Of a stretch of 64,000 bases of DNA, positions 39,874-57,797 are shown piece by piece. The stretch comes from Adineta vaga (lineage: Eukaryota > Animalia > Rotifera). The stretch covers positions 11,470,001-11,534,000 of the forward strand of contig CP075497.1 in assembly GCA_021613535.1 (NCBI GenBank), read 5' to 3'. Numbering within the stretch: position 1 is the first letter of the stretch; each line of letters starts with the position of its first letter. Below the pieces are notes generated by a model. It was not told the DNA's origin and did no database searches. It saw only the letters and a program-made list of their open reading frames with translations. The position numbers were made by a program, and so were the translations under genes.

Positions 39874-41652
39874 GATTATTGATGAAAATACCTTAGAATA
39901 ATGATGAAACTGTTTGAAATACAAATGATTGAGTAAACAGACGTTTGATTCGACAAGTAGAGTAGGGAGAAAAATCGAAAAATAAACTTCAACGTGGCAT
40001 TTTTCTTTTCGTTCGGGATTAAAGTGGCGTTTAGAAAATATTCAGTCAATTTTCGTCAATGTTATTTTTTATGTTAAATTTTATTCAAGAGTTGTAACTA
40101 ACCGAATTTATCTACTTCGAATGATTTGATTGTTTAACCTTGTAGTATAGGTTTTAGTTAATCAATCTTAAGATATCTCATATGTAAATATCCTGTAATA
40201 TGAAAAATATGTTTTGTTACCAAAGTTAAGATTGCATAGATCATTTGGTAGAGAAGGAAATTCTATCTTAAGTGACATATCCTATAACATGTTTTTGAAG
40301 AACGTTTCTGCTTACAAAATATTAAAAATTGCATTGAATGTTCTTTTCGGATCGATTCAATTTAAAAGAAATTATGTCAAAAGTGAATCTACTTTATTTT
40401 ACTATAATAATTTGTACATGAATTCTTCGATTTCATGTCTTGTATTCGAAATGTAGGTTAGTTATGGATGTAATCTAAACAAAAAACTAGTGAAAATATT
40501 TATGAGGATGTCGATATTAGTCTGGTCGATGGAAGTAAATAGAAAATCTTTAAAATCAAAGATTTTTATCCTATTATTGCCTTTCAATATTTTATACATA
40601 AACAATGTAACTTCATTCAATTATTGATACCAATTGAAAACGAATACAATTAGAATATTTTCATGCCATTGTCTGTATATAGAGATAGGATAGTTTTGTC
40701 CTTTGTCTTTTTATTTCAGTATATATTATACGCTAGTTTAGATAACAGAAAATGTTTTTCTTTATGGATAATAAAAACGATTTCCTTCAGTTGATCAGAC
40801 AAGCATAGCTAATTGATTCTAGTCTATATCAGCTGGTGTTTTACTACGTGTATTAGTTTTATCTTCTATATTCTCAAAACAATATGTCTCGACAAAAATT
40901 TATTGATGCTGAAATAGATTGTATTTTATTGATTAGGACTTCGATCAAAATAACTTCTCGAACCATCTAATTATGAAAAGAATCTTGCAATTTTGTAAAA
41001 TAATTATAAACATAACTAACGAGATCTTCATAGAAGTTCTACGTTCTGTTGTTTAGCTATATTCATACTAATCAATAACAATACATGGAGACTATTTTCT
41101 ATGTTCTATCTTATACCATAAACGTCGCTTCTCATCATGATAGATAAAGAAAATATATCTATGTAGGCGTGTATATAAGTAAGATTTTATGGTAGAATAT
41201 CTTCTTGTTGTTGTTATTCCGTATTTTTCTTTCTGTTGGTAAAAATGATTTGTCTGCTATATATACATACATGCATACATATGACTGTGTTCTGCCGATA
41301 CGTTCTTTTTGCATCGATGACGGCAGTAATATTCACAATAGGAAGAAAAGAAATGTATAACAGATCTTCTTTTTGGTCAACATTCATAGGAACTAACTTC
41401 CTTCTGTTTTATCCATATAGACATATATAGCCAGATGAAAGTAGAAAGAAGAGATTGCATCAATGCGAGAGAAAAGAAAAATCATGTATTGAGAAGATAA
41501 ACCGAACAAGCGTTCTTCGCCTTCGCTCTGTTCTGTTTGGTTTATTTCTACTAAATCTATTTTCTTTGTTTGTTTATTACATCTTCAGTTTGCTTAGATT
41601 TTTTTTGCTTTTCATCATTAACTAATCATATTTTAACAATAAAATTAAAGAT

Positions 41653-44600
41653 ATGGCCACACACTACATTGAAAATGGAAGTAGTGGCAATCAATATTAT
41701 TTTGATTCAAATAGCAACCCTACTTCACAAACACAACGATCAACTCAAGATCGAACTTATTCATCGCCTATAGTATCGACAACAACAGTTGGTTCTTCAG
41801 AGTATTCATCTCAACCTGCTGGAGTTTCAGGCATACGTTCTCAACATCAACAAATAAGATCAGATCGAACTGCATACAATGAAAATGATCTTAATCAATT
41901 ACCACAACAACATCAATCAATAGCAGGTTTTAATAAAAGTGTACCTCAACAACAATATCAATCATCTCCATCATCTGTACCTCAAGTAAGAGCTACTGTA
42001 CGATCGGTTAACAGTCAAGAACAACACATTTCATCATCTAATCAATATCAGCAACAACCACAACAATATTATCAGCAGCAGCCACAACAACGACCACAAC
42101 AACAACAACAAACCCACACAAGCTATGAACAACAAGGTTCACCACAATCTCCTCAAATTTCACCACAACAACGACAACCTGCATATACCAACTATGAACA
42201 ACAAGGTGCACCTCAATCATCACAAATTTCTCCTCAACAACGGCACCAACAACATTCGCATATGAATTATGAGCAACAAGGTACACCTCAATCTCCACAG
42301 ATTGCTTCTCAACATCATCAATATCAACATGATTCTCGTCAACAACCAGGACAATCGACAAATGCTTCAAGCTATTATCAAACACCAGGTTCTAGTCAAT
42401 ATACACAAAAAGAATTAGAACAACGAACTGAAAGTCCATCACGAAGTCATGATCAACATGTGCAGGTACATACATAGTTCTGTCTTTCCATTCTTCTCTA
42501 TGGAAAATAATATAGCTGTTATCTTCAGTACATTAATGTACTAGAAATGTATACTAGTGCTGACAGATAAACTTGTTCATCATCATTCTTAGCTCTATAT
42601 ATCGATGTATCATTTTCCCTTACAAATAGATTAAACCATTGTAAACAACTAGACACTTTTATATAATATTTATCATTCTGTAACTCAATAGATTCATTTT
42701 CTTACATTTTATCATAGGGACAACATGTAACAGCTCGATCAATGTCAAGTAGTTCACATCAACAAAGTGATAGTACTAGTGGTTATCAACAACAACAGCA
42801 ATATTCAACTTCTCAATCATCTCCTCAACAAACTCAACAACAACAAGATCAACTTCAACAATACTACAATCAACTCACACCCGGTATGTATTATTATCAG
42901 TACATGTCTATCATTGTATTCATGCATACACACTACACACATATATATATATATAACTGACTTATATGATTACATAACTAAGACTGATGAAAAGTATTAT
43001 CAAGTATATAAACGCAGTCTAATTGTATTCCTAGAACAATATCAACAATTGTTACGTCAACAACAAATTCAACGACAACAACAAGATGAATTAAGACGAC
43101 AACAAATTGCTCAACAACAATATTATTTACAACAGCAACAAGAACAACAAAAACAACAACAACGTCCCGATCAGCAGTATCAACCAAATCGTCCAAATCA
43201 AGATTCTTATCGTTATGATGAACAACAACAACGACGAGTTCAACAAGTTTCATCCAATCAAGATCAACAATATCGTCAACCAGGTTTGATTTTTTTCTTA
43301 ACTACATCCATTGCATATCTTTTTATTGTTGAATATAGCTCAAGATCAATATGATCCATATCAACAACGACCACAACAAGTTCAAAGCAATGTTTCACCA
43401 AATACCAATCAAGATGCTTACCGTCAACAGCAACAGCATTATGGTTTGACTTGATTAAAATAATCTTCACTTCTTTTGTTAAACTATTCGTCGTTATTTT
43501 TCATTCAGATCAACAAAGCCAATTGGATGCTTATTACGAGCAACAACGTCGTGCTGCTACACAACCAGAATCGTCATCTTCAAATTATCAGCAAGAACAA
43601 TACCGCTCGACAGTATCTGGTGGACAACAACAACAACAAGAAGAAGGCGAGCCAGGTACAATTCTTTTTGTTCTTCTCTTTCTAAATGTACTCCAAAAGA
43701 TATCTAAAGATAGCAAAAAAGAATGTTTCCTCTGAGAGCTCTTACAGTAAAAAGTATATGTTTCTTGACATCAATTCATCGAACTCCCCCGATTGTGTTT
43801 TCATTCGATGCTTTTCTCGATGACAGACTACTATGCAGCTCAGTTGGCTCAACAACAAGAACGTGAACGTGCTGCTCAAATCGAAGCAGCACAACTTCAA
43901 CAAGCATTACAAAGAGCCCAACAACTACAACAACAACAACAACAGCAAATGCAAATTATCGAAGCTCAAAAACCAGTAGCACCTGTTGGAATTCGAGTGT
44001 GTGGTTTTTATTTTTTATATCCATTGCTTAAAAATTGAATTTCCTTGATTTAGGGTTTAATGAATAAATTTACTGGACCAACAAAAGTTCCAACATTTGA
44101 ACCTAAACAAAAAACAACGTCAACACGACATTTCTCAAGTTCGAGTTATTCATCAACAAGTGGAACTGGTCATACTACATCAACAACGAATCGAGCATCA
44201 TCAACATATGCAATGACATATTCAGCATTACCTAAACCTCAAGAACCACCTGTAAATAGTGCTGAATATTATCAATTAATGCAACAAGGAGCGATCAGTA
44301 ATACACCATCAAATATTCAACAATCAGCTGCTCCACCACATATTCAAGGTCCTGCACCTGGTTTTGGTGCATTACGTGATCGTTTCAAAACAGGCTCATT
44401 TTCAGAAGGTACAAATTCATCTCAAGATACACGTCGACAAAATCAATCAAGCACAAGTAATACTGGATTATCATCATTACGTGATCATTATTTGAATCGT
44501 GCTCAAGAATCACTACAAACTCAAGAAGAATCATTTTCACAACGAGTTCAACAAGTATCTCGATCAATTGTTGGTGGAGATCAATCACAATCACAACCAC

Positions 44601-44845
44601 CACCACCACCACCACAACAACAACAACAACAACAACAGAATCAATTACCTCCTGCACCACCATCAACACCGCAAGTTTCTCAAGAGGAAGAAATACCAGT
44701 ACAAACTCTAAGTATTGATGATCAACCAGCATCATCTGAAGGTGCTGTAGCAGATGGCAGTTCATTGTCAGGTGCATCATCTCTTGAAAATGATTCTACT
44801 CAGACGACAATAATTGCTCCATTAGTCGAAGAATCTTCAACTTAA
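41653..44845 (+). CDS. Gln/Ser/Tyr/Pro-rich intrinsically disordered protein, multi-exon
   Basis: Consecutive in-frame Q-rich exons with GT-AG junctions. No globular domain recognised. Confidence 0.7.
42121..42320 (+). repeat. Three imperfect coding repeats (YEQQG.PQS.QI..Q) within the Gln-rich gene
   Basis: YEQQGSPQSPQISPQQR / YEQQGAPQSSQISPQQR / YEQQGTPQSPQIASQHH. Confidence 0.85.
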
Positions 44846-45639
44846 TTCTCGTTTGTTTATTACTATACTAACATTTTAACGATCATTGACGATGTTCTTT
44901 CTATTACCCACCCTAACATTTGACAGACAATGGATACTATAATACACACGTGTGTTTAATAATGAAAGGAATAACAGACTGTTTGTTTATGTAAGTCGTT
45001 TGTTCAGCTTTTTAGCTCAATGATGTTGTGCATCACCACATATGTCCTTTTCTTCTTCTTCTTTTCATTCAATTTGACCTATTTTTCTTTACTAACCTTC
45101 CCAGAAATATGCATGTGTGCGTGTGTGAATATGCGTATCAAACGTTCTTCTACTAGTTTTTTGTTTGCTTATTTCATCAAAATAAATTTCAACTTTTATT
45201 CATTGATATTTGAGTGAAAAATAAACTATTTTATTGATCAAAAGATGATAAATAGCAAAATCAAATTGTCAACAAATATGTAGACGGATCATCAAGTTAG
45301 AATATATAGTATACACAGGAACCTGATTTTTATGTTACTCAATTACTAACGACATCTATATATATATTCGAAAACATGAATATACATTCTTTTAATGTTA
45401 CATTTACTGATAAATTGATCTAAATAAATTAAAATTTATTTACTTTTTTTTCGTTATTACCATCTATCATTAACATAAAATAGTATACGTTAAATGTGTA
45501 ACCTATCCAAATCAACATATTGAAAGTCCATTTTGTAATTTGTATTTGTACTTGTACTTGCGTTGTGTTGTGTTGTGTAAAAGCAAAGTAATTGCATACA
45601 TATACATCAAACGAAACGTTCTTTTTAGATAAAGACGTA

Positions 45640-50062
<4,423 letters not shown>

Positions 50063-50225
50063 ATATAAATCATATCTTTATATTTGTTTTTCTCGTTGTG
50101 TAAATTCAGAAATTAATATGATTGTTCATGTTTATTTATAGAGAACAAAAAGAAATGAAAGATCATTTATTCCAATAAAATCTAACATGATATCTATACG
50201 ATATAATTGAAAGATATGTACAATT

Positions 50226-50840
50226 CTATGAATGTTGGAGAGAATTTGTTTTGAGAAAATGTCGTCGACGATAACATTCGTCCAGTTTTGATAGATCAAA
50301 TCGTTGTGGATCGGAACGAATAAAAGTAACTGCTGCTTGTATTAAATGATAAACAGTTTCTTCAAGATGATCATCACGAGTAGCATGAACGGAAAAATAT
50401 TGAAGAATGGATAAAAAATTTACATAAGTCGAATCATCGTCTTTGCCAGTTATTAGATCAGTCACAAGTTGACTTAGTTTTGAAAGATCAATGTCATTTG
50501 ATGATGATCGTTTCAATGCTTCATTGCTTACGTTTTCATTATTGATTGCCTTTGATTTCTTAAAGAAATCACTCTTCGTTTGTTCATGTTTACGTTCAAG
50601 TGAACGAATACTTTGAGGAAATTTATCTGCTGTGCTGCTAGACACTTTCATATCAAACCAATCATCAGCTTCACATTGCCAACTAGCTACTGATATTTTA
50701 GAATCATTTGTATCTGATTTCATCGTTGATTGTGCTAGACCACGAGGACTATCCAGAAGTGGTAATGGCACGGGAACTTTTGAAGAAGGTGCATTAGACC
50801 CATTCTTGTTTGAATTATTTTTATTACGTGATTTAGGCAT
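50226..50840 (-). CDS. Orphan protein (204 aa): disordered N-half, helical C-half
   Basis: Intronless ORF with coding-like composition. Splice acceptor just upstream of the ATG. Confidence 0.6.
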   Translation of the reverse strand: MPKSRNKNNSNKNGSNAPSSKVPVPLPLLDSPRGLAQSTMKSDTNDSKISVASWQCEADDWFDMKVSSSTADKFPQSIRSLERKHEQTKSDFFKKSKAINNENVSNEALKRSSSNDIDLSKLSQLVTDLITGKDDDSTYVNFLSILQYFSVHATRDDHLEETVYHLIQAAVTFIRSDPQRFDLSKLDECYRRRHFLKTNSLQHS

Positions 50841-51202
50841 TTCACTATAACCAAATGATTTACATCTAAAAAGAAATTCGAATTAACACATTTGTTCTGT
50901 ATTCTGACTATGTATTTCAGTGATTTCTGTGACGAATCTTTTCTTGTCAAAGATGAACCAAAAGTAAGAATGAATATCGAGCAAAGATCGATTCTTGATT
51001 TTTATTTCAATGATAATCTGTTCTTTCAAACACGCACATACAACGATCAGATGAACAGAAAGAAAAGAAAACAAGCCAATGACAGAACACCAGTAAATAA
51101 ACAAAGAAGAATGAATTTCTTTACACAACACAAGAAACACGCATAGACGACTCTAGGACACAACGAAAACAAAGAAAAACAAATAACGTGCATTGTAAAG
51201 AT

Positions 51203-52687
51203 CTAGTCTTCATCATTGTTTTTCATGTCAGCATCATCAGGTGGTGGTGATGAACGACTTTCATCATTTTCATCTTGATCAATTTTTTCATTATTCGATT
51301 TATCATTATCAAGTTTATTTCCATCTTTTTTCTCATCATTATCATCTTTCGATGGCGAACGTGAAGAACGTTCACGACGAGACTTTTCTACGGGCGATGA
51401 TGAACGATCACGTGATGAACTAAAAGAAAACATCGTATAATTTTCAGAATTATTTTATGACACTTACCTTCGTTGTCGAGAGCGTCTAGAAAACAATAAC
51501 AGACGAGACAATATAGATATAGATTCTGGAAAGAATAAAAAACTTACTTTTTTTCGCCAGCTGGCGATCGACTGGATGATGAACGACGTTTACGTTTACT
51601 TTCTTTTTTCGAATGTGAACGTGATCGTGAACGACGATGATGTTTTCGGGATCGACGTTCTTCACGTGATGATGAACGGGATCTAAATAAAAACAAAATC
51701 ATTATATTCTGAAGTCTTAGTAGGAATATACATTACCGTGAACGACTTGGTGAGCGGCGTCGTTCGCGTCGACTTCCTCGTCGATCATCGTCATGATCTC
51801 GTTTTGAATCTGGTGACCTATTACATTGAAATAAAATGATTATTTTCTCTCATTATCTATTTTTATCTCTATTGACAACAAAGGAAGAAAAACCAATATA
51901 TCTGTTTGGTACAAAAAAAAGAAGATGTTCATGCCACTGCACAATGTCCGTCAAAGATGTTTTGTTTTAAATAAAAAATACTCACTGGTTGAAGAGAAGA
52001 AGACACAAAGAAGAAGTGCAGATTTAAAGATCAGCTGGCTGAAAAGTATCTGTAGGAATGCCGCTGTATACATATGGAGAAATACGATCAGAATAGTAGA
52101 TGAACATGAACAACTGAGATGATGATCATGGATGAACATAGACAGCAACAACGCTGAACAATAGGAGATAAATAAATGCGATTAGCAAAATGAAAAATCA
52201 GATCTTGGTCTTTTGAAATTTATCAAGGAAGCAAAAGATATGAAAGTGAAAAGAATAAAATCAAACGTTTTTTTTTTCTTCTTTCCTATCATTTAGAATC
52301 ACTTACCGATAGCCTGGTGATCGTTGTCGTAAATAACCACGACCAAATGATGCGCCTTTTTTGTTTCCAGTTGGTCGAGCATGTTCTACACGAACTCGAC
52401 GTCCACAAATCGTTCTAAAATAGACGAAAATAAAAATATTGTTTATAGAAAAAGATATGAAAAATATCTTACCGGCCATCGAGTTCTTCAACAGCACGTT
52501 CGGCATCTTCAGCATGTTTATAAACAATAAAAGCAAAACCGGGTGGATTGCGTGCAACCCAACAATCCACAAGTGGACCGAAAGAATCGAATTCTTTTTC
52601 TAATTCAAATTTATTCGTTCGACTTCCTAAATCTCCACAAAATACTCGATATCCACCAAAATTTCTATCAAATTGTGGTCCACCCAT
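51203..52687 (-). CDS. SRSF3: SR splicing factor SRSF3/SRSF7-like (single RRM, no zinc knuckle)
   Basis: RVFCGDLG...FGPLVDCWVARNPPGFAF...DAERAVEELDGRTICGRRVRVE followed by an RS domain. Confidence 0.88.
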
Positions 52688-53064
52688 CTTTAATTAATTT
52701 CTTTTTTTTCTAACGAATGAATCTTTCACAACTTGTGCCGTTCGTTTTCTGATGAAAGAATATTCTAAAAGAAAAGAAAAAATGTATGACATTGATGTAT
52801 ATATTACTCATTGAGAAATGAAACGAATGAAATAATGTTTTTCTCCTGTTAGACTAAATAGACATATTCTTTCTCCATCCGTCCGTCCGTTTGTGAAATG
52901 AAAGCATTTTCTTAAGTTAGTTATGCATTTACTAACCGTTAGTATTCATTCGTTTGACAAAGAACCAATCAGTATTTTTGTTGTTACAAACAGACATAAG
53001 ATAATACAAAATAGAAGAAATAAGTCTAGCGTATCAATAGCAACGTCTTTTGAAACTTTCATAG

Positions 53065-53733
53065 ATGGCTTATCGAAATGAAAATGGTTTTGTTCGAACA
53101 GGAAATACAACGACTACTGCAAACACGGGCGGAACAACTACAAATGATACTGATAGATCTGTAAGTTATGAAATAATCTTTTTTTGTTATGTCTTTGACT
53201 TCTAACTTTCATTCAAAGCTTTTGGATAAACGTGCGATACATGAATTAATCAAAGATGTAGATCCATTGATGCAAATTGATGAAGAAGTCGAAGATGTAT
53301 GGATATTTTGAAGAATAGAATATGAAAAAAAATTAGATTTGTCTCTCTCTAGATGTTAGTTCAAATAGCAGAAGAATTTGTTGATTCAACATTACTCGCT
53401 TCTTGTCAAAATGCAAAACATAGAAAATCAAATACAGTTGAAACTAAAGATGTTCAACTTTATCTTGGTAAAAGAGAAGAAGATCTTTTTTTTCTATATA
53501 TAAGATTCTCTTTTTTTTTAGAACGAACGTACAGTATGTGGGTTCCAGGTTTTGGTACAGAAGATCCAAAACAATATAAGAAATTTTTAACAAATGATAC
53601 ATTAAAAGCAGTAAATAGCTTGAAATAGAAAATTAACAATCGATCTACTATTCTGTTTTAGTCATTAAAAACACCCTATATATCGTCAACAACGAATCCA
53701 AAAACATCCACTTCCAAACAACAACCGTCCTAA
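53065..53733 (+). CDS. TAF12: TFIID subunit 12 (histone fold)
   Basis: LLDKRAIHELIKDVDP...DEEVEDMLVQIAEEFVD....SCQNAKHRKSNTVETKDVQLYLER.YSMWVPGFG. Confidence 0.93.
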
Positions 53734-54046
53734 TCAAGTTAATCACGGAAATACACATATCTTTTTCACTTTCCAGTGTTTATATTGTTAAGAATGAAAT
53801 AAAATCATGTATATATATACATATATTCTAGATAAAATTCATCTTCTTTTGTTTTCTTTAAAATCTTCGTTTGTACAAGACTCTGGATAAAAATAAGAAA
53901 GAAAGAAATCGCACCATCTGTTATCATATATATCTCTGTATCTGGGAAAGAGAAAAACAGTTAACAACAGCTGTCGTTATTTTCAAATGTGTAATGAAAA
54001 ACATCGGATTTTTTTTTCGTTGTAATTCTAGATAATTTATTTGTCA

Positions 54047-55084
54047 ATGGATATCACCGGTGTTAAATTAATAATCTCATGTATTTTTTTCTTCACAACA
54101 TTTTTATGTTTAACAATTCCAATTTGTCTTTATTCTTGTCTTAAACTTCACAAGAAATCTTCTACAACACGATCTCATTGCACATTATTTTCTGTAAATA
54201 CTCTCATCAATTGTATAACTTGTTTTGGTGGTGGAATTTTTCTTGGTGCATGTCTTCTTGATCTCTTACCTGAAGTTATATCTCATATGAACATGACATT
54301 AAAGATGGAATTTCAGTATGATAATGAATCATTGAAGCATTATCCTATTGCTGAAATTCTCATTGCTGGTGGCTTTTTTCTTGTTTTATTTCTTGAACAA
54401 ATGATCTTATCATTTCGTTTGAATTCAACACATTCAATTGCACAAATCGAAAAACGACAACCAATTATTATCGCACATGATGATGATGATGAAACATCAT
54501 TTATTAATGATAAAGATCCATTAATGACAAGAACTTCATCAACTGAACATCGTTTTGAAATCAGTGAACATAAAGATGATCTACGTAGTCATCAAAATCG
54601 TGTTGTTTATACACGAAATTTTATTTTAATTCTTTCATTAATTATTCATTCAATATTTGAAGGTATTGCACTTGGTTCAATAAAAGAATTAAAATCATTC
54701 TTTGAATTATTCTTTGCTATTATTATTCATAAATCCATCATTACATTTAGTGTTGGATTAAAACTAATGAATTTATCGAACAAACGTTTAGTTTATTGTG
54801 CATGTTTCATCTTATCAATTGCAACACCAATTGGTATGTTGATTGTATTAAGTATGCAAGAATTCTTGCCTAATAATCGAACAGCAAAGATGACGCATGA
54901 AATTCTTCGTGCTTTTGCATGTGGCACGTTTTTTTACATTACATTTATGGATGTTTTACCACATGAATTGAATTTAAATTCACATCAACGACAGTCAACA
55001 ACGAGTCAACATCGATTTCTTAAAACTTTTTGTATATTTATTGGTTTTAGCTTTATTGCGCTTTTGTCATTTCTAATGAAATGA
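54047..55084 (+). CDS. ZIP-family (SLC39A1/2/3-like) zinc transporter
   Basis: CFGGGIFLGACLLDLLPE, HSIFEGIALG, IIHK, GTFFYITFMDVLPHE. Intronless. Confidence 0.92.
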   Translation: MDITGVKLIISCIFFFTTFLCLTIPICLYSCLKLHKKSSTTRSHCTLFSVNTLINCITCFGGGIFLGACLLDLLPEVISHMNMTLKMEFQYDNESLKHYPIAEILIAGGFFLVLFLEQMILSFRLNSTHSIAQIEKRQPIIIAHDDDDETSFINDKDPLMTRTSSTEHRFEISEHKDDLRSHQNRVVYTRNFILILSLIIHSIFEGIALGSIKELKSFFELFFAIIIHKSIITFSVGLKLMNLSNKRLVYCACFILSIATPIGMLIVLSMQEFLPNNRTAKMTHEILRAFACGTFFYITFMDVLPHELNLNSHQRQSTTSQHRFLKTFCIFIGFSFIALLSFLMK

Positions 55085-55438
55085 ATTACTTATATTTGAT
55101 AATATATATATATATCTACCGATTTCGAATCTCAAAAACAGTTTGTTGTTTTGTTTTGTTTATGATAAATAAAAAGAAAAGACTAAACATGAATTTATAT
55201 AATAAATCTATTCTTGGTTTGTGAGTCTAAGCTTGAAGTCGAGAAAGTTCAGATGTACCTGATTGATTTCAGACAGAGACTAGCTTTTCAAAGAATGTCG
55301 AGTAGAAAATCGATATTTATTTTCGTGATATACAATCGTGAAGGTAAAAGAATGTATTCGATACAGAAAAGTAAAGGTAGATATTTATCTTCATGTATTG
55401 CGTTATGTCATGACTTTTGCTAAATAGATGAAATATAT

Positions 55439-56140
55439 TTATTGATTACATGCTAGATTCAATTCACATTTGATTTCTTCAATTTCATTTGTATGTTTTA
55501 TATTTAATTTATCGATTGTTGATGAATGAATGTCATTAAGGTAATTAACTTTTGAATCAAAACTTGTTTTCAAATGATTAAGTGCAGTTCGAAATTCATC
55601 ATTTAACGTTTCAAATAACTTCATTGGTTCTTGATGTTGTTGATCAATTAAATGTGAACAAAGTTCAGTCATTTCACAAGATTGTTGTCGAATACAATCA
55701 GTAACATTCGTTGACTGTGCACATAATTCTTTCTGATGTAATAATCTAAATAAAATTACATTGAAATAAACGATGTTCTACAAAGAAAGAATATTTTACC
55801 TTAAACTTTCGATATTTTCAATACTTTTTTGTAAAACATTCGTAACATAAATCGATAGATCATTAACAACGTGTTGAACTAATTGTTTATGTTGATAAAT
55901 GACCGATTGAATTTCTTCATGAAATCTTTGTTGTAATAAATGAGATTGATCATCGAATTCGTTGTGTATTTTATGACGTTCGCTTAATTGATTTCGTAAT
56001 TGTTGAAGTTCACATTCAAGAGCATATTTTTCAATTCGAAGATGTCCGATGACTTCATCATGTTCGTGAGATAATTTCTTCTTATCTTGACATTGATCAT
56101 CTACTTTGACAGCGACAATAAGATCTGGTGGATTCTCCAT
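55439..56140 (-). CDS. Coiled-coil orphan protein, 2 exons
   Basis: Two heptad-rich ORFs joined by an approximately 50-nt GT-AG intron. Acceptor AG directly before the ATG. Confidence 0.65.
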
Positions 56141-57582
56141 CTAAAATCAACAAACACACCTTCAAAATGACGGAGAATGTGTTCATGAACGAAGGAAAAA
56201 GAAGCTTTTCTCTCTCTCTCTCGCTCGTATACTATTGAGACTAAGCCTATACCTATTCTTTTCAAACTTTCTCATTCAGGTAAAGCATTTTTTCTTCGCT
56301 GTTCTTTCACTTCTGCCGTCTTCGCTCGACTGGCATTTCATAATCAAGCGCGCAAAAGAGAATTCTCATTTTTCTTTTTCTTCTAACCTAACGTTGATTA
56401 CATGATTCCACATTAACCAGACAAAGAGCAAAAGTTGACGCGAAAGAAAATATATCGACTCAATGTTCAACATTAACTACACAGAAAAAAAAAGAATTTT
56501 TATTGAGATCTAGTCGACCAAACTAAATACAAAGCATGAACTATTCCAGGAATAAAACCACAAAGAGTTAATAAAACATTGAAAAGAAATGTTTGAGTAC
56601 ATCCTTTAAATACAAATGAATAAATTATATCTTTGTTTGTTTAATTTTCTCATCTTACCAACTTTGATTAATGCAACGATGGGTGGTAAAATTATTGAGA
56701 GAATCGAAAGTAAACTAAAGTTAAAATATGATTAATTATATGATAAGATATATCATTACTCACCATGTTTCAAACATATTTTTTTTCAATTTTACAGATA
56801 TCAAGTGTGTCGAATGGAAGATTGATGATAAAAAATTTCCTTCGTAGATCTATAACTTGTATAATCGTACGTTAACCAAAGAATTATGACCATCATATAC
56901 GATCATCAAACACATGTTATTTTATCGATAGAACGAAAGATTATATCGAAATGTCAGCGATAACAAGTATTGATTCAAAACATAACAATTACAATTTATT
57001 ACCATTACATGATTATCGAAAAGTTTATGAGAGAAATCGTACAAGCATTGATAAATTCGCGTCTGTTATAATATCATGGTTATAAGACGAAAATTTGATA
57101 CTAATAACATAAATCTTGAAAATGATAAGCAAAGATTCATTTATTTTCAAGATCGAATTTCAGTAAAGACAACGTTGTCAGACATAGATTAACAATCACG
57201 ACCTTACTCACATGTCTTTTGAAAATAGAGGGTAGGATTTTTTGTTAAAGACAAAATTGTCCTTCTATTTTGAATCACAGGATATCATTCGGTTGGCTAG
57301 TAACGAAACCTTGTTGTCTATAGATGTGAAACTATTCTGAAGTCTAATAAATACGAAAACCAAATACATTTGTTAAATTATGATTTTATCCTAAACAGTC
57401 TGATAAAATGATTTAAAGACTAGAGTTTCAACTAGTTTCATATCAATAAAACATGTTTATATTACATGATGTAAATGTTCCTAAAGCAAATCAAATATAT
57501 ACAAGTCTTACAATGGAAATTCACGCATGGTATTACGCATGAACACAGATTAATTTAACAAATCAAAACACCTTCGGACAAA

Positions 57583-57797
57583 GGTAGCATTAGAAGATCA
57601 TCAAACGCAACGAGATATGACCAATCGTCGTATTGAGCCGCACGACTAAAGCCGAACTTCGTCTAATGGAATTAGATGAACAAATTTAATGTATTCCAAT
57701 TGAATCAACTATTTCTATTCAATATTTAGATGAAATAAAGAAAGAACTTACCGAAGTAACTCATTTGCCTACTCAAATACAACCACCACCTAAACTC
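57583..57797 (+). pseudogene. Possible decayed coding fragment
   Basis: Protein-like reading VALEDHQTQRDMTNRRIE / AELRLMELDEQI*CIPIESTISIQYLDEIKKELTEV, broken by a frameshift and a stop. Confidence 0.3.

Noticed and set aside
42038-44780. Val-rich minus-strand ORFs (42038-42385, 42978-43253, 44385-44780) and Asn/His-rich alternative-frame ORFs
   Set aside because: They are shadows of the CAA/CCA codon repeats of the Gln-rich gene, not independent genes.
53798-54047. TAF12 > ZIP as another operon junction (AATAAA 53798, AG 53830-53831)
   Set aside because: About 215 nt remain before the ATG, enough for an independent promoter and a cis-spliced leader. Too ambiguous.
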